64,000 nucleotides of DNA from NCBI GenBank assembly GCA_046051985.1, contig JBJONF010000001.1:42294-106293 (forward strand). Reading direction: 5' to 3'. How positions within the stretch are numbered: the first letter of the stretch is position 1; the number at the start of each line of letters is the position of its first letter. Of the stretch, positions 32,337 through 43,567 are shown in pieces. A program made the translations under genes and the position numbers. Source of the DNA: Actinomycetota bacterium. Lineage in GTDB: Bacteria; Actinomycetota; Actinomycetes; Nanopelagicales; Nanopelagicaceae. The notes under the pieces are model-generated. The model ran no database searches, was not told the DNA's origin, and saw only the letters and a program-made list of their open reading frames with translations.

Positions 32337-34985
32337 ATGAGTAAAAACTCTTTCAACGCAAAGAAGAATCTAGAAGTTGCGGGTAAGAGTTTCGAGATTT
32401 TTGATATCTCGCAGATCGATGGCGCTGCCACTCTTCCTTACAGCCTCAAGGTCCTGCTCGAGAATTTATTGCGTACCGAAGATGGTGCCAACATCACAGC
32501 CGAGCACATCAAATCTCTTGCTTCTTGGGACCCAGCCGTTGAGCCAGATACTGAAATTCAATTCACGCCAGCTCGTGTGATCATGCAGGATTTCACCGGT
32601 GTTCCATGTGTTGTCGATCTGGCAACAATGCGTGAAGCAATCGTTGACCTTGGGGGAGATCCATCAAAGGTAAATCCTCTTGCACCTGCTGAACTAGTTA
32701 TTGATCACTCAGTTATCGCGGACAAGTTTGGAACTAAGGATTCTTTCGAGCAAAACACTGACATTGAATATGAGCGCAATCAGGAGCGTTACCGTTTCTT
32801 GCGTTGGGGTCAGACCGCCTTTGATGAGTTCAAGGTTGTTCCACCTGGGACGGGAATTGTTCACCAAGTAAATATTGAATACCTTGCACGCGTTGTTATG
32901 ACACGTACCGTCGAAGGAACTCTTCGTGCTTATCCAGACACCGTAGTTGGAACAGATTCACATACAACCATGGTCAACGGGCTCGGAGTCCTTGGCTGGG
33001 GTGTTGGCGGTATCGAAGCCGAGGCTGCTCTGCTGGGCCAACCAGTTTCGATGTTAATCCCACGCGTGGTCGGTTTCAAATTGACTGGGCAACTACCACT
33101 GGGAACAACTGCAACCGATATGGCTCTGACTATCACAGAGATTTTGCGCAAGGTCGGCGTCGTTGGCAAGTTTGTTGAATTCTTTGGAACAGGCGTGACC
33201 TCAGTTCCTATGGCCAACCGAACCACAATCGGAAACATGAGTCCTGAATATGGATCAACATGTGCAATTTTTCCAATTGATGAAGAGACGCTTCGTTACT
33301 TGCGCCTAACTGGACGAAGTGATGAACAAGTTGCTTTAGTTGAGAAGTATGCAAAGGCTCAGGGAATGTGGCATGACCCTTCAGTTGAGCCACGTTTTTC
33401 TCAAGTAGTAGAACTCGATCTATCGACAGTTGTTCCATCTATATCTGGTCCAAAGCGTCCACAAGATCGTATTTCCTTAAGTGATTCAAAGAATGCCTTT
33501 GAAAAAATTCTTCCTAGCTACCTTGGTGAAAAAACCAACAAAGGAGAAGTTGCTGCGGGCTCTACTCGCGTAAAAAATGGCGATGTTGTTATTGCCTCGA
33601 TCACTTCCTGTACAAATACTTCTAACCCTTCCGTGATGATCGGTGCCGCTTTGTTGGCCAAAAAGGCGGTAGAAAAAGGACTTAAATCAAAGCCTTGGGT
33701 CAAGACCACTTTGGCTCCAGGATCAAAGGTTGTCACTGATTATTACGATCGCGCAGACCTTACTAAGTACATGGAAGCGCTAGGTTTTAACCTTGTTGGT
33801 TATGGCTGCGTGACATGCATTGGTAACTCAGGCCCACTTCCAATTGATATTAGTAAGGCAATTAATGAATCGGATTTGGCTGTAACCGCGGTTCTATCGG
33901 GTAACCGAAACTTTGAAGGTCGGATTAGCCCAGATGTAAAGATGAACTACTTGGCATCGCCTCCACTAGTTGTGGCATATGCAATTGCCGGAACTATGGA
34001 TCATGATTTTGAGACAGATTCCTTGGGTAAGGATTCAGCTGGAAATGATGTCTTCTTGAAGGATATTTGGCCGACTCCACAAGAGATCCAAACTGTTATT
34101 GATTCATCTATTTCATCTGAAATGTTTACCAAGGATTATGCAACGGTCTTTGAAGGCGATCATCGCTGGAAGTCTCTTGCAACGCCTACTGGCAAGGTTT
34201 TCGAATGGGATGAAAAATCTACATATGTTCGCAAGCCTCCTTACTTTGAAGGAATGCCAAAGAAGCCAACACCAGTCACAGATATTTCTGGTGCACGAGT
34301 TCTGGCAGTTCTTGGTGATTCAGTAACAACTGACCATATTTCACCAGCTGGAAACATCAAAGCGGATTCACCAGCCGGTAAGTACTTAGCTGAGCACGGA
34401 ATCGAACGCACAGATTTCAATTCTTACGGCTCGCGCAGAGGTAATCACGAAGTAATGATTCGTGGAACATTTGCAAACATTCGTCTAAAGAATATGTTGC
34501 TCGATGGAGTTGAGGGTGGATTTACTCGTAACTTCCTAGCTAATGGCGATCAGACAACTATTTATGATGCCTCCGTTGCATACCAAGCCGCTGGCGTTCC
34601 GCTAGTTATCTTGGCAGGAAAAGAGTATGGATCTGGATCTTCTCGCGACTGGGCGGCAAAGGGAACAGCGCTGCTTGGCGTACGCGCAGTAATTGCCGAA
34701 AGTTTCGAACGTATTCACCGTTCAAATTTGATTGGAATGGGTGTTTTGCCTTTGCAGTTTAAGGATGGCGAAACTGCAGCAACTTTGGGATTAGATGGAA
34801 CCGAAGTATTTTCAATTACCGGAATCACCGCGCTTAACACAGGTGGAGTTCCAAAGGAGCTCAAGGTAATTGCAGGGGATAAGAGCTTTACCGCCAAGGT
34901 TCGCATCGATACACCTGGTGAGGCTGACTATTACCGTCATGGCGGAATTATGCAGTACGTCCTTCGATCATTGTTGGTTGAGTAA
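32337..34985 (+). CDS. acnA: Aconitate hydratase A
   Basis: [41 protein letters not shown]. Confidence 0.97.
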   Translation: MSKNSFNAKKNLEVAGKSFEIFDISQIDGAATLPYSLKVLLENLLRTEDGANITAEHIKSLASWDPAVEPDTEIQFTPARVIMQDFTGVPCVVDLATMREAIVDLGGDPSKVNPLAPAELVIDHSVIADKFGTKDSFEQNTDIEYERNQERYRFLRWGQTAFDEFKVVPPGTGIVHQVNIEYLARVVMTRTVEGTLRAYPDTVVGTDSHTTMVNGLGVLGWGVGGIEAEAALLGQPVSMLIPRVVGFKLTGQLPLGTTATDMALTITEILRKVGVVGKFVEFFGTGVTSVPMANRTTIGNMSPEYGSTCAIFPIDEETLRYLRLTGRSDEQVALVEKYAKAQGMWHDPSVEPRFSQVVELDLSTVVPSISGPKRPQDRISLSDSKNAFEKILPSYLGEKTNKGEVAAGSTRVKNGDVVIASITSCTNTSNPSVMIGAALLAKKAVEKGLKSKPWVKTTLAPGSKVVTDYYDRADLTKYMEALGFNLVGYGCVTCIGNSGPLPIDISKAINESDLAVTAVLSGNRNFEGRISPDVKMNYLASPPLVVAYAIAGTMDHDFETDSLGKDSAGNDVFLKDIWPTPQEIQTVIDSSISSEMFTKDYATVFEGDHRWKSLATPTGKVFEWDEKSTYVRKPPYFEGMPKKPTPVTDISGARVLAVLGDSVTTDHISPAGNIKADSPAGKYLAEHGIERTDFNSYGSRRGNHEVMIRGTFANIRLKNMLLDGVEGGFTRNFLANGDQTTIYDASVAYQAAGVPLVILAGKEYGSGSSRDWAAKGTALLGVRAVIAESFERIHRSNLIGMGVLPLQFKDGETAATLGLDGTEVFSITGITALNTGGVPKELKVIAGDKSFTAKVRIDTPGEADYYRHGGIMQYVLRSLLVE

Positions 34986-35002
34986 CTCCTTACTCTCTCA
35001 CG

Positions 35003-36862
35003 ATGAAAATTAATATCCAATCGCCAGACCAACTTCGGGTAATGAACCCTGAGGAATTAAATCAACTGGCATCGGATATTCGCGAATTCCTGATTGAAAA
35101 AGTTTCACGCACCGGGGGTCACCTCGGCCCGAATCTTGGTGTTGTTGAATTAACGATTGCGATCCACCGGGTTTTTCAATCACCTCGGGACATAGTTCTC
35201 TTTGATACTGGTCATCAATCCTATGTTCACAAGATTCTTACGGGCCGAGCAGATCAGTTTGATCTTTTGCGCCAACGAGATGGAATTTCCGGTTACCCAA
35301 ATCGACGTGAAAGCGACCACGATGTAATTGAAAATTCCCATGCATCAACCGCCCTATCGTGGGCCGATGGAGTTTCTCGCGGCTTTTCTTTGACAGGTCA
35401 ACCTGACCGTCATGTGGTGGCAGTCGTCGGAGATGGCGCATTAACTGGTGGAATGTCCTGGGAAGCACTGAACAATCTTTCTCCAGAGTCAGATAGAAAC
35501 CTTGTCATTGTTGTAAACGACAACGAACGCTCGTACTCGCCAACTATTGGCGGTTTAGCTACATACCTAACGACGCTACGCGCAAGCAAAGAGTACGAGC
35601 GCATCTTGAGCCGAGGTAAAAGGATGTTGCACAACACTCCAGTTGTTGGAAAGTATATTTACGGTACCTTGCATGGGATTAAAAAAGGTATGAAAGACAT
35701 GCTCGCTCCACAAGGCATGTTTGAGGATCTTGGCTTTAAGTATCTAGGCCCTATTGATGGCCACGATATTGAGGCCATGGAAAAAACATTGCAGATGGCT
35801 AAGGAATTCGGTTCACCTGTGATTGTTCACGCGATCACAGAAAAGGGACGCGGCTACAAGCCAGCCCAAGAAGATATGGCAGAAAAATTCCACGCAGTGG
35901 GAATTGTTGATCCGGTGACTGGAAAGCCGCTCAAGGCTTCGGCGCCTTCTTGGACCAATGTTTTCTCAGATGAGATCACCCAGATAGGTGCGGAAAATCC
36001 GGCAGTGGTTGCGATCACCGCGGCGATGCTTGGACCAACAGGCCTAGATAAGTTCGCGCAGAATTTTCCCGATAGAACTATTGATGTAGGAATTGCAGAG
36101 CAGCACGCAGTTACTAGCGCAGCAGGTTTGGCATACGCGGGCGTACATCCAGTAATTGCTATTTATTCCACTTTCCTTAATCGCGCATTTGATCAATTAC
36201 TTTTAGATGTTGCCTTGCATAACGCGGGAGTTACCTTTGTATTAGACCGCGCCGGAATCACCGGAGATGACGGCCCTTCTCACCACGGAATCTGGGATCT
36301 TGCTCTGACCGGAATAGTTCCTCATATGCACGTTGGTGCACCACGCGATGGAGCACGTTTAAAGGAGCTTTTACGTCAGTGCATAGCTATTGATAACGCT
36401 CCATCCATGATTCGTTTCCCTAAGGGTGCAATTCCGGCAGATATTCCTGCGCTAGAGAGAGTGTCAGGGATAGATGTATTACATCGTGGGCAAAGTAAAC
36501 AAGTTCTCTTAATCAGTGTCGGATCGATGGCTGCTATGGCGCTAGAAGTTGCGCAATTAGCGCATGAACAGTCAATTGAAATAACTGTTATCGACCCATT
36601 GTGGGTGAAGCCAATTTCTTCCAATGTCACTGCGCTATGTGCTGAATACTCCACCATTGTTGTGATGGAGGATGGAATTAAGCATGCAGGCATTGCCAGC
36701 ACGATAGCTGAAAGCTTAGGCCAAGCCGGAAGTAACCGCCTTGTGCATTCAATAGGAGTGCCGCTGGAATTCATTGAGCACTCAAAGCGCACTGAAATTT
36801 TGGCAGATCTAGAGATTACCCCTGCTGCGATAGTGCAACAGATCGCAGGGTGGATTTCTTAG
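35003..36862 (+). CDS. dxs: 1-deoxy-D-xylulose-5-phosphate synthase
   Basis: GGHLGPNLG, DTGHQSY, GDGALTGG..NDN, IAEQHA, DGPSHHG. Confidence 0.96.
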   Translation: MKINIQSPDQLRVMNPEELNQLASDIREFLIEKVSRTGGHLGPNLGVVELTIAIHRVFQSPRDIVLFDTGHQSYVHKILTGRADQFDLLRQRDGISGYPNRRESDHDVIENSHASTALSWADGVSRGFSLTGQPDRHVVAVVGDGALTGGMSWEALNNLSPESDRNLVIVVNDNERSYSPTIGGLATYLTTLRASKEYERILSRGKRMLHNTPVVGKYIYGTLHGIKKGMKDMLAPQGMFEDLGFKYLGPIDGHDIEAMEKTLQMAKEFGSPVIVHAITEKGRGYKPAQEDMAEKFHAVGIVDPVTGKPLKASAPSWTNVFSDEITQIGAENPAVVAITAAMLGPTGLDKFAQNFPDRTIDVGIAEQHAVTSAAGLAYAGVHPVIAIYSTFLNRAFDQLLLDVALHNAGVTFVLDRAGITGDDGPSHHGIWDLALTGIVPHMHVGAPRDGARLKELLRQCIAIDNAPSMIRFPKGAIPADIPALERVSGIDVLHRGQSKQVLLISVGSMAAMALEVAQLAHEQSIEITVIDPLWVKPISSNVTALCAEYSTIVVMEDGIKHAGIASTIAESLGQAGSNRLVHSIGVPLEFIEHSKRTEILADLEITPAAIVQQIAGWIS

Positions 36863-36864
36863 AT

Positions 36865-38973
36865 TTATGGAAGGGAAGCAATTCCCTTTTCGTGGAAACG
36901 CTTACCTGTAACGGCTTCGCTAATTCCTTCACGATCTAAGTACGGCAAAATTCCACCCAAGTGCATTGGCCATCCAGCGCCCATCAACATGCAGAGATCA
37001 ATTTCTGCAGGAGTTGTGACGACACCTTCATCTAGCATCATGCGAGCTTCTTCGGCCAAAGCCTTGAGCGCACGTGAACGAACCTGTTCTGCAGTTGATG
37101 GGGTTGTTCCCTTTTCAATTAATGCAAGAGCAGCAGGGTTGGCAGCGACCGCACCATCTTCGCCCTTGATGTAGAAATTACGAACTCCCTCTTTCACCAT
37201 ACGTTGCATGGTTGGTGAGATTCGGTAGCGCGGTCCTAGGTTGTTGTGCAAAGTTTCAGATACGTGCAGGGCAACGCCAGGACCAACCAAATCTAGTAAT
37301 TGGAAGGGAGACATTGGGAAACCAATCTCCATCATCGCAGCATCTGCAACTTCTGGAGAGGTTCCCTCATCAACGGCATCAGTGACTTCACCCATGAAAC
37401 GAGTCAGCAGTCGGTTTACGACAAAGCCAGGAGCATCCTTACAAATGATCATGGTCTTCTTAAGTTCTTTACCAACTGCGATGGCTGTTGCAGTAGTTGC
37501 ATCATCAGTTGTAGATGTGCGAGCAACTTCAAGCAAAGGCATTACAGCAACAGGATTAAAGAAGTGGAAGCCAACTACACGCTCTGGGTTCTTCAAACCT
37601 TCAGTCATGCGTTCAACTGACAACGATGACGTATTTGTTGCAAGTACACACTCTGCAGAGACGATACCTTCTAGCTTCTTGAATAAATCTTGCTTCAGCG
37701 AAAGCTCTTCAAAGATGGCTTCGATAATGAAGTCACAACCGGCAAAGACTGATTGATCTGCAGAACCTGAAACAAGCAGAGCCAAGCGGCCAGCAGATTC
37801 TGGGCTCATGCGCTTCTTTTCAACCAGCTTGGCAAGCTCATTTTTAACCCAGGCAACACCCTTATCGGCACGTGCTTGATCAATATCTGTCATGACAACT
37901 GGGCATTTAAGGTTTCGTACCAAAAGCAAAGCCAACTGTGATGCCATTAAACCTGCACCAACAACGCCCACCTTAGTTACTTTGCGTGCAAGGGCTGGCT
38001 TTGGTGCACCTTCAACCTTTTTGCGCTTTTTCTGAATCAAATTAAAGGCATACAGTGATGAGCGAAGCGGATCAGACATTGTTAAATCAGCAAGTACTTG
38101 ATCTTCGGCATCAAAACCTTCACCCAATGTGTTGCTCTTGGCCGCAGCGATCAATTCAAGCGCCTTCATCGGAGATGCAATAGTTGCTCCGCCGTATTTC
38201 TTAAGAGCTGCCGCCTTTCCGGTTGCAAGTGCGGTTTCCCACGCTGGATCATTGCTGTAATCAGCACGTTCGATTTTTGTTGTTCCATTAAGAATTCCAA
38301 CAGCAAAACCGATAGAGCGTTCAATGAAATCTGCAGGCTCAAACATTGCATCAACAACGCCAAGCTTGAGCGCATCCTTTGCTTTCATCATCGTGTTGTT
38401 GTTAAGGGCGTTGAGCATAATTACTTGAACTGCGCGCTCTGGGCCAATTAACTTAGGCAAAATTGTCGCTCCGCCCCATCCTGGAACTAAGCCCAAGAAA
38501 ACTTCTGGCAGAGCTGTGAAGGCAGTAGAAGCCACAGTGCGGTAATGGCAATGCAGTCCAACCTCTAGTCCTCCACCGAGAGCTAGTCCGTTGATAAATG
38601 CAAATGTAGGAATCTTTGATTCACCAAGTCGGCGGAATACATCATGTCCTAATTTTCCGATGGCAAGAGATTGATTGCGATCATTCAGGAATGACAGCGC
38701 TGAAAGATCAGCACCAGCGGCAAAGATAAATGGCTTACCGGTGATAGCAATGGCTGCTGGATTGCGACCAATTGCATCAGTAATTGCTGCATCCAGGGCC
38801 ATGACCGATTGTGCTCCGAAAGTATTTGGACGGTTGTGATCTAGTCCGTTGTCTAATGTAATCAGCGCTAAGGAACCTTTGCCACCAAATGCGGAGAGAT
38901 CGATTTCGCGAACTAATGCGTTGGTAACAACTTCGTCAGGTGCTCCAGCTGGAAGAGTGATATCTGCGCTCAT
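36865..38973 (-). CDS. fadB: Fatty-acid oxidation multifunctional enzyme (enoyl-CoA hydratase/3-hydroxyacyl-CoA dehydrogenase)
   Basis: Crotonase AGAD/LGGGLE/LPE motifs; GAGLM, TNTSSL, HFFNP. Confidence 0.9.
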   Translation of the reverse strand: MSADITLPAGAPDEVVTNALVREIDLSAFGGKGSLALITLDNGLDHNRPNTFGAQSVMALDAAITDAIGRNPAAIAITGKPFIFAAGADLSALSFLNDRNQSLAIGKLGHDVFRRLGESKIPTFAFINGLALGGGLEVGLHCHYRTVASTAFTALPEVFLGLVPGWGGATILPKLIGPERAVQVIMLNALNNNTMMKAKDALKLGVVDAMFEPADFIERSIGFAVGILNGTTKIERADYSNDPAWETALATGKAAALKKYGGATIASPMKALELIAAAKSNTLGEGFDAEDQVLADLTMSDPLRSSLYAFNLIQKKRKKVEGAPKPALARKVTKVGVVGAGLMASQLALLLVRNLKCPVVMTDIDQARADKGVAWVKNELAKLVEKKRMSPESAGRLALLVSGSADQSVFAGCDFIIEAIFEELSLKQDLFKKLEGIVSAECVLATNTSSLSVERMTEGLKNPERVVGFHFFNPVAVMPLLEVARTSTTDDATTATAIAVGKELKKTMIICKDAPGFVVNRLLTRFMGEVTDAVDEGTSPEVADAAMMEIGFPMSPFQLLDLVGPGVALHVSETLHNNLGPRYRISPTMQRMVKEGVRNFYIKGEDGAVAANPAALALIEKGTTPSTAEQVRSRALKALAEEARMMLDEGVVTTPAEIDLCMLMGAGWPMHLGGILPYLDREGISEAVTGKRFHEKGIASLP

Positions 38974-38975
38974 AA

Positions 38976-40163
38976 TTACTTAGCTCCCTTAAAATTTGGG
39001 TTTTCCCAGATAACTGTTCCACCCATGCCTAGACCGATACACATTGTTGTTATTCCGTAACGAACTTCAGGTTGTGATTCAAAGGTGCGTGCAAGGTTGA
39101 GCATCAAACGCACACCTGATGATGCAAGAGGGTGACCGACAGCAATAGCACCACCATATGGATTTACACGAGGATCATCATCTGCAATTCCAAAGTGATC
39201 TAAGAATGCAATTACCTGCACCGCAAACGCTTCATTAACTTCAAAAGCACCGATGTCTTCAATCTTAAGTCCTGCTTGCTTCAGCGCTTTCAAAGTAGAA
39301 GGGACAGGTCCATATCCCATGATTTCTGGTTCGACACCAGCGAATGCATAAGTGACCATTTTCGCTTTAATTGATAGACCAAGCTCTAAAGCTTTTTCTT
39401 CGCTAGCAAGCAAAGCAGCGGTGGCACCATCGTTAAGCCCGGAAGAGTTTCCGGGAGTTACACGACCTGCAGGGCGGAAAGGAGTTTTTAGTCCTGCAAG
39501 ACCCTCCATTGTTGTTTGTGGACGTGGTGCTTCATCAGCGGTTGCAACCGTCCAACCAAGTTCTGCACTTCGTGCGGCGGTTGGAATTAGATCGCGCTGA
39601 ATCTTGCCTTCTGTATACGCCTTCGCAGTTTTTACCTGCGAATTCATGGCGTAACGATCGGCACGTTCCTTTGTTAATTGTGGAAAGCGATCATGCAAAC
39701 GCTCAGCTGTTGCACCCATTGCTAGTGCATCTTGTTCAACAATTCTTTCGGCAAGGTAGCGAGGATTTGGATCCATACCTTCACCCATTGGGTGGTTACC
39801 CATATGTTCAACACCACCAGCAATTGCAATTTCATTTGTTCCCATGGCAATCGCACCGGCAATTGTCGTAACCGCTGTTAATGCACCTGCACACCATCGA
39901 TCAACTGAATAACCGGGAACAGTATTTGGTAAACCTGATAACAACGCTGCGCTTCGACCAATGTTCATTCCTTGGTCACCTGTTTGTGTAGCTGCTGCAA
40001 TTGCAACATCTTCAATTGATGCTGGATCAACCTTTGGGTTGCGCTCTAGCAAACCACGGATTGCGCGAACCATAAGATCATCGGCTCGGGTACCGGCGTA
40101 CATACCTCCGGCTTTTCCAAATGGTGTACGGACGGCATCAACGAGAACAACTGTGCGAGACAT
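38976..40163 (-). CDS. fadA: Acetyl-CoA acyltransferase (thiolase)
   Basis: RTPFG, DRWCAG, NEAF, GHPLASSG, CIGLGMG. Confidence 0.92.
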   Translation of the reverse strand: MSRTVVLVDAVRTPFGKAGGMYAGTRADDLMVRAIRGLLERNPKVDPASIEDVAIAAATQTGDQGMNIGRSAALLSGLPNTVPGYSVDRWCAGALTAVTTIAGAIAMGTNEIAIAGGVEHMGNHPMGEGMDPNPRYLAERIVEQDALAMGATAERLHDRFPQLTKERADRYAMNSQVKTAKAYTEGKIQRDLIPTAARSAELGWTVATADEAPRPQTTMEGLAGLKTPFRPAGRVTPGNSSGLNDGATAALLASEEKALELGLSIKAKMVTYAFAGVEPEIMGYGPVPSTLKALKQAGLKIEDIGAFEVNEAFAVQVIAFLDHFGIADDDPRVNPYGGAIAVGHPLASSGVRLMLNLARTFESQPEVRYGITTMCIGLGMGGTVIWENPNFKGAK

Positions 40164-40210
40164 GGCGCTTCCTTTTTTTAGGTCTGGCGTTTTCTAGGTA
40201 TGAGCCATAT

Positions 40211-40226
40211 GTTACTCATGAGTATG
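40211..40226. promoter_or_regulatory. Palindromic operator candidate upstream of fadA-fadB
   Basis: Perfect palindrome TACTCATGAGTA (40213-40224) overlapping a minus-strand TAACAT -10 candidate. Confidence 0.6.
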
Positions 40227-40245
40227 AGTTTGTGACAGTACCTAG

Positions 40246-41538
40246 TTAAGCCTCTTCGGTCACTGGTTCAACGACTTCTACGACCTCTACTGGCAGCGGT
40301 TCACGCTCAAGTAAGGCAGCAGCCAGCGCTGGGGCAACTAAATCGATCTGCCACTGTCTAGCACCTAGCTCAGTTAAAGCTTTCTCAACCTCAGAAACAG
40401 ACAACGTTGAAGTCGCGCCCATTGGTGGCTTCCAGCAAACCCGACGAACATGTTCGGGGGTAATCAAATTCTCAACTGGAATCTGATTTTCTTGCGCAAT
40501 CAATTCAATCGAGGCACGAGCATGCGACAACGGCGCAAATTTCTCGGGGAACTTGTCTCGCCACAACTTAATGGGCGGCAAAGTGTCTGCATTTGTACGC
40601 ATTGTTGGCCATTGATCTTCTGGCAATGCCACAGCGGCAGCGATTGAGTCCAACCACAATTGAAGGTTTTCCATCCAACGGGCACGCAGGCCAAGAGGGC
40701 GTAAACATTTCTCAAACTCTTTCTTATTTGTTGGTATCGCGATTGCAAGTTCCACGATTGCCGAGTCATTGAGCAACTTGCCAGCTGCAATGTCGTGCTT
40801 GGCGGCCACTGCATCCCGAGCAATCCATAAAGATTTAATGACAGCAAGCTGGTCACGTCTTTTAATTTTGTGCATTCCCGAAGTTCGGCGCCATGGATCT
40901 ACGCGAGGCGGCGCTGGGGGAGCCTTCAGAATCGATGCAAACTCTTCCAACGCCCAAGGCAACTTCTTTGCATCTTCCAAAATTGTGTACATGTGATTGC
41001 GTAGCTCTACAAGAAGTTCAACATCAAGGGCTGCATAAGTGAGCCACTCTTTTGGCAAAGGTCTTGCAGACCAATCTGCTGCGCTGTGTTCCTTTGAGAG
41101 CAACACTCCCATAATGGATTCGAGCAAAGGGCCCAAGCCAACACGAGGCAAACCCGCAATTCTTCCTGCTAATTCAGTGTCAAAAAGCTTTGCAGGGTTG
41201 ATCCCAAGTTCACGTAAACATGGCAGATCTTGGGTGCTGGCATGCAGGATAACTTCATCGGTATTGAGAAGATCGTTAAGGTCGGTAAATAGTGGATGTC
41301 CTGGGCCAAAGGGAATTGGATCAATTAAATGAAGCCCACCATCATTTCTTTTAATCTGAATTAAATATGCTCTTGCACTGTATCTAAAGCCTGATGCTCG
41401 TTCTGCATCTACAGCAAAAGGACCTGATCCCTTGGATAATTGTTCAATTGATTCTCTGAAACTTTCTTCGGTATCGATGATTTCCGGTGTACCGGCACTT
41501 GGTTGAAGAAGTGGAATCGCAACCTTCTCTTCACTCAT
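40246..41538 (-). CDS. rnd: Ribonuclease D (DEDD exonuclease + HRDC)
   Basis: AVDAERASG, HASTQDL, FDTELAGR, DWSARPL, YAALDV. Confidence 0.93.
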   Translation of the reverse strand: MSEEKVAIPLLQPSAGTPEIIDTEESFRESIEQLSKGSGPFAVDAERASGFRYSARAYLIQIKRNDGGLHLIDPIPFGPGHPLFTDLNDLLNTDEVILHASTQDLPCLRELGINPAKLFDTELAGRIAGLPRVGLGPLLESIMGVLLSKEHSAADWSARPLPKEWLTYAALDVELLVELRNHMYTILEDAKKLPWALEEFASILKAPPAPPRVDPWRRTSGMHKIKRRDQLAVIKSLWIARDAVAAKHDIAAGKLLNDSAIVELAIAIPTNKKEFEKCLRPLGLRARWMENLQLWLDSIAAAVALPEDQWPTMRTNADTLPPIKLWRDKFPEKFAPLSHARASIELIAQENQIPVENLITPEHVRRVCWKPPMGATSTLSVSEVEKALTELGARQWQIDLVAPALAAALLEREPLPVEVVEVVEPVTEEA

Positions 41539-41540
41539 AA

Positions 41541-42119
41541 CTAACGCCTGCGCGAAGATGAAATTGCCGAAACTCCTTCAGGCACCGGAGACAAACCGGC
41601 GACTTCTGAGATCAAATTGCACCAACTGACAATGTGATTAATTATCTCTTTTGGATCCTGAACAATTGGAGACCAGGAAGCGCGAATTTCAATTTCAGTT
41701 TCATTGCTGCGGGGGGATAGCTTTCCAAAAGAAGCGCTGCTTACGCGAGTTACAGTTCCACTGGGATTGTTGTACGCGCAATCATTTGATTCAAGAGATT
41801 CTAGAAACCAACTCCAGCCGACTTCTGGAAGCAGCGGATCTTCTTGCATGATTGGATCAACATCGGCGCTGACAAAAGTTACACAACGAAATTCGCCATC
41901 CCACGTTGCTTGTCCACCTGGCTCATGGAGTAAAACAAAGCGACCATTTGCGATTTCATCCTCTTGATCACCCAAAAGCCCGTTAGAAACATCTACTGAA
42001 AAGGCGAAGGAAAAGGTTGCTAATTTTTGAGGTGCAGGGACTTCGGTCAAGGTCAATTCTGCTCTTGGAGTTACGGTGCGAAGATGGTCAATTAAACGCT
42101 CAAAACCATTCGCATCCAC
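41541..42119 (-). CDS. DUF3000 family protein
   Basis: PAPQKLA, GRFVLLHEP, SGTVTR, EIRASWSP; adjacent to rnd. Confidence 0.85.
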   Translation of the reverse strand: MDANGFERLIDHLRTVTPRAELTLTEVPAPQKLATFSFAFSVDVSNGLLGDQEDEIANGRFVLLHEPGGQATWDGEFRCVTFVSADVDPIMQEDPLLPEVGWSWFLESLESNDCAYNNPSGTVTRVSSASFGKLSPRSNETEIEIRASWSPIVQDPKEIINHIVSWCNLISEVAGLSPVPEGVSAISSSRRR

Positions 42120-42180
42120 TCACTTAGGATAAAGATGGCAGAGCCTGATTCTTGGGAGGCAGGGCGGTAACCTTGCTTAC

Positions 42181-43020
42181 ATGGCATCAATCTTGGCACT
42201 TCTTTCAAGTGCGCTGTGGGGAACAGCTGATTTTTTTGCAGGACGTCTCAGCAAAAAGCACCATCCATTTGCAGTGTTAGGTTTTTCTCAGGTTATTGGG
42301 TTGGCAGTTGGCTTGCTGATAGTTCTTGTTTCTGGAGACTTGTATGGAAAAGCCTTTGGCCTTGAGGGATATGTTCTATCAGGAGCGCTGGCGGGATTAT
42401 TTGGTTACATCGGCTTAGCGTGTTTATATGAAGGCTTATCTACTGGACGTATGGGAGTTGTTGCTCCGATCAGTTCTATGAGCGCTGTAATTCCTTTGAT
42501 TTATGCAATTGTTACTGGCGACGAACTTTCAAAGATTGCATCGATGGGTATTGTGATTGCTCTAGTCGGAGTTTTTTGTGCAAGTGGTCCTGAACTTACT
42601 AATGGCTTACCAATCAAACCATTACTTTTAGCGCTGGGCGCTGCTGCAGGATTTGGAATGTCCCTTACATTCATTTCCATCGGTTCCAAGGAAAGCGCTT
42701 TGCTCACTATGGTATCTATGCGGGCAGCTACTTTTTTTGTGACTGTTTCACTTGCCCTAAAATTTAGAACGACCGGCAAGTTTTCCAAGAAAGATCTTCC
42801 AATTCTGATTTTTATTGGTGCGGCCGATTTCCTTGCCAATCTTTTGCTAGGCGTGGCAACGACTAAAGGACTTGTATCAGTTGCCATGGTTTTTGGATCT
42901 CTTTATCCAATTGCTACGGCACTACTGGCTTTCAAGTTCTTAAATGAGAGATTACATAAAGTTCAATACGTCGGAATTGCTTTGGCAGTTACCGGTGTTT
43001 CCTTGATCTCAGCTTTTTAA
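42181..43020 (+). CDS. EamA/DMT family transporter
   Basis: About 10 TM segments in two repeats; WGTADF, GRMGVVAPI, SLYP..LNER. Confidence 0.85.
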   Translation: MASILALLSSALWGTADFFAGRLSKKHHPFAVLGFSQVIGLAVGLLIVLVSGDLYGKAFGLEGYVLSGALAGLFGYIGLACLYEGLSTGRMGVVAPISSMSAVIPLIYAIVTGDELSKIASMGIVIALVGVFCASGPELTNGLPIKPLLLALGAAAGFGMSLTFISIGSKESALLTMVSMRAATFFVTVSLALKFRTTGKFSKKDLPILIFIGAADFLANLLLGVATTKGLVSVAMVFGSLYPIATALLAFKFLNERLHKVQYVGIALAVTGVSLISAF

Positions 43021-43508
43021 TTACGTGCTGAATAAAAAATAGTTCCTGACTCTTCTCGCTTTTCAATTTGTGAAAAGTGAGACAAGAGTTGTTTGATATC
43101 TACCGTGTTTTCGCCGCCAGTAGCTGGAGTAACACTTAGTTCTAGTTGATCAATGACTTTGTGGGTGAGCAACTCATTAATCATTGCTATGCCGCCCTCA
43201 ATCAAGATTTTCTCACCAAACAAAGATCGAGCCTTTTCAACAGCCGTAACTGGCGAGCAATTCCAGAACAAAGCCAAATGATTTCCCTGAACTGGATTTA
43301 CTAGTGATCTGGAAATGACAACTAGCGGGACCGGTGTCCGGTTGTAAGGCTCATGTCGGGCGGTATTTCCTCCAACGATGATGACATCGACTTCGCGACG
43401 CCTTTGCAGAAAAGCTTTTCTATCTTCAGGTGAGCTGACTCCAGCAGATCGGCTCTCTTTGGAGGTTGAGCCATCGCTGCCGACTACCAAGGTTGCTACG
43501 ACGCTCAC
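43017..43508 (-). CDS. RibD C-terminal / dihydrofolate-reductase-like protein
   Basis: ATLVVGSDG, D...F...R, IIVGGNT, LIEGG, DQLELSVTP. Confidence 0.75.
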   Translation of the reverse strand: MSVVATLVVGSDGSTSKESRSAGVSSPEDRKAFLQRRREVDVIIVGGNTARHEPYNRTPVPLVVISRSLVNPVQGNHLALFWNCSPVTAVEKARSLFGEKILIEGGIAMINELLTHKVIDQLELSVTPATGGENTVDIKQLLSHFSQIEKREESGTIFYSARN

Positions 43509-43538
43509 GCACCAAGTATTACTTACGCGCTTAATTTC

Positions 43539-43561
43539 TTGTCAGTGGCTCTCTGTACCGT
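43539..43561 (+). promoter_or_regulatory. PafBC-type (RecA-NDp) DNA-damage promoter
   Basis: TTGTCAGTG-gctctctg-TACCGT matches the tTGTCRgtg-N8-TAnnnT consensus exactly; ATG follows 6 nt after the -10. Confidence 0.8.
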
Positions 43562-43567
43562 ATTGGC

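Noticed and set aside
37241-37756. Long antisense ORFs, e.g. 171 aa opposite fadB and others opposite smc, ffh and NCS1
   Set aside because: Mirror frames of strongly coding genes, with no motifs or start signals.
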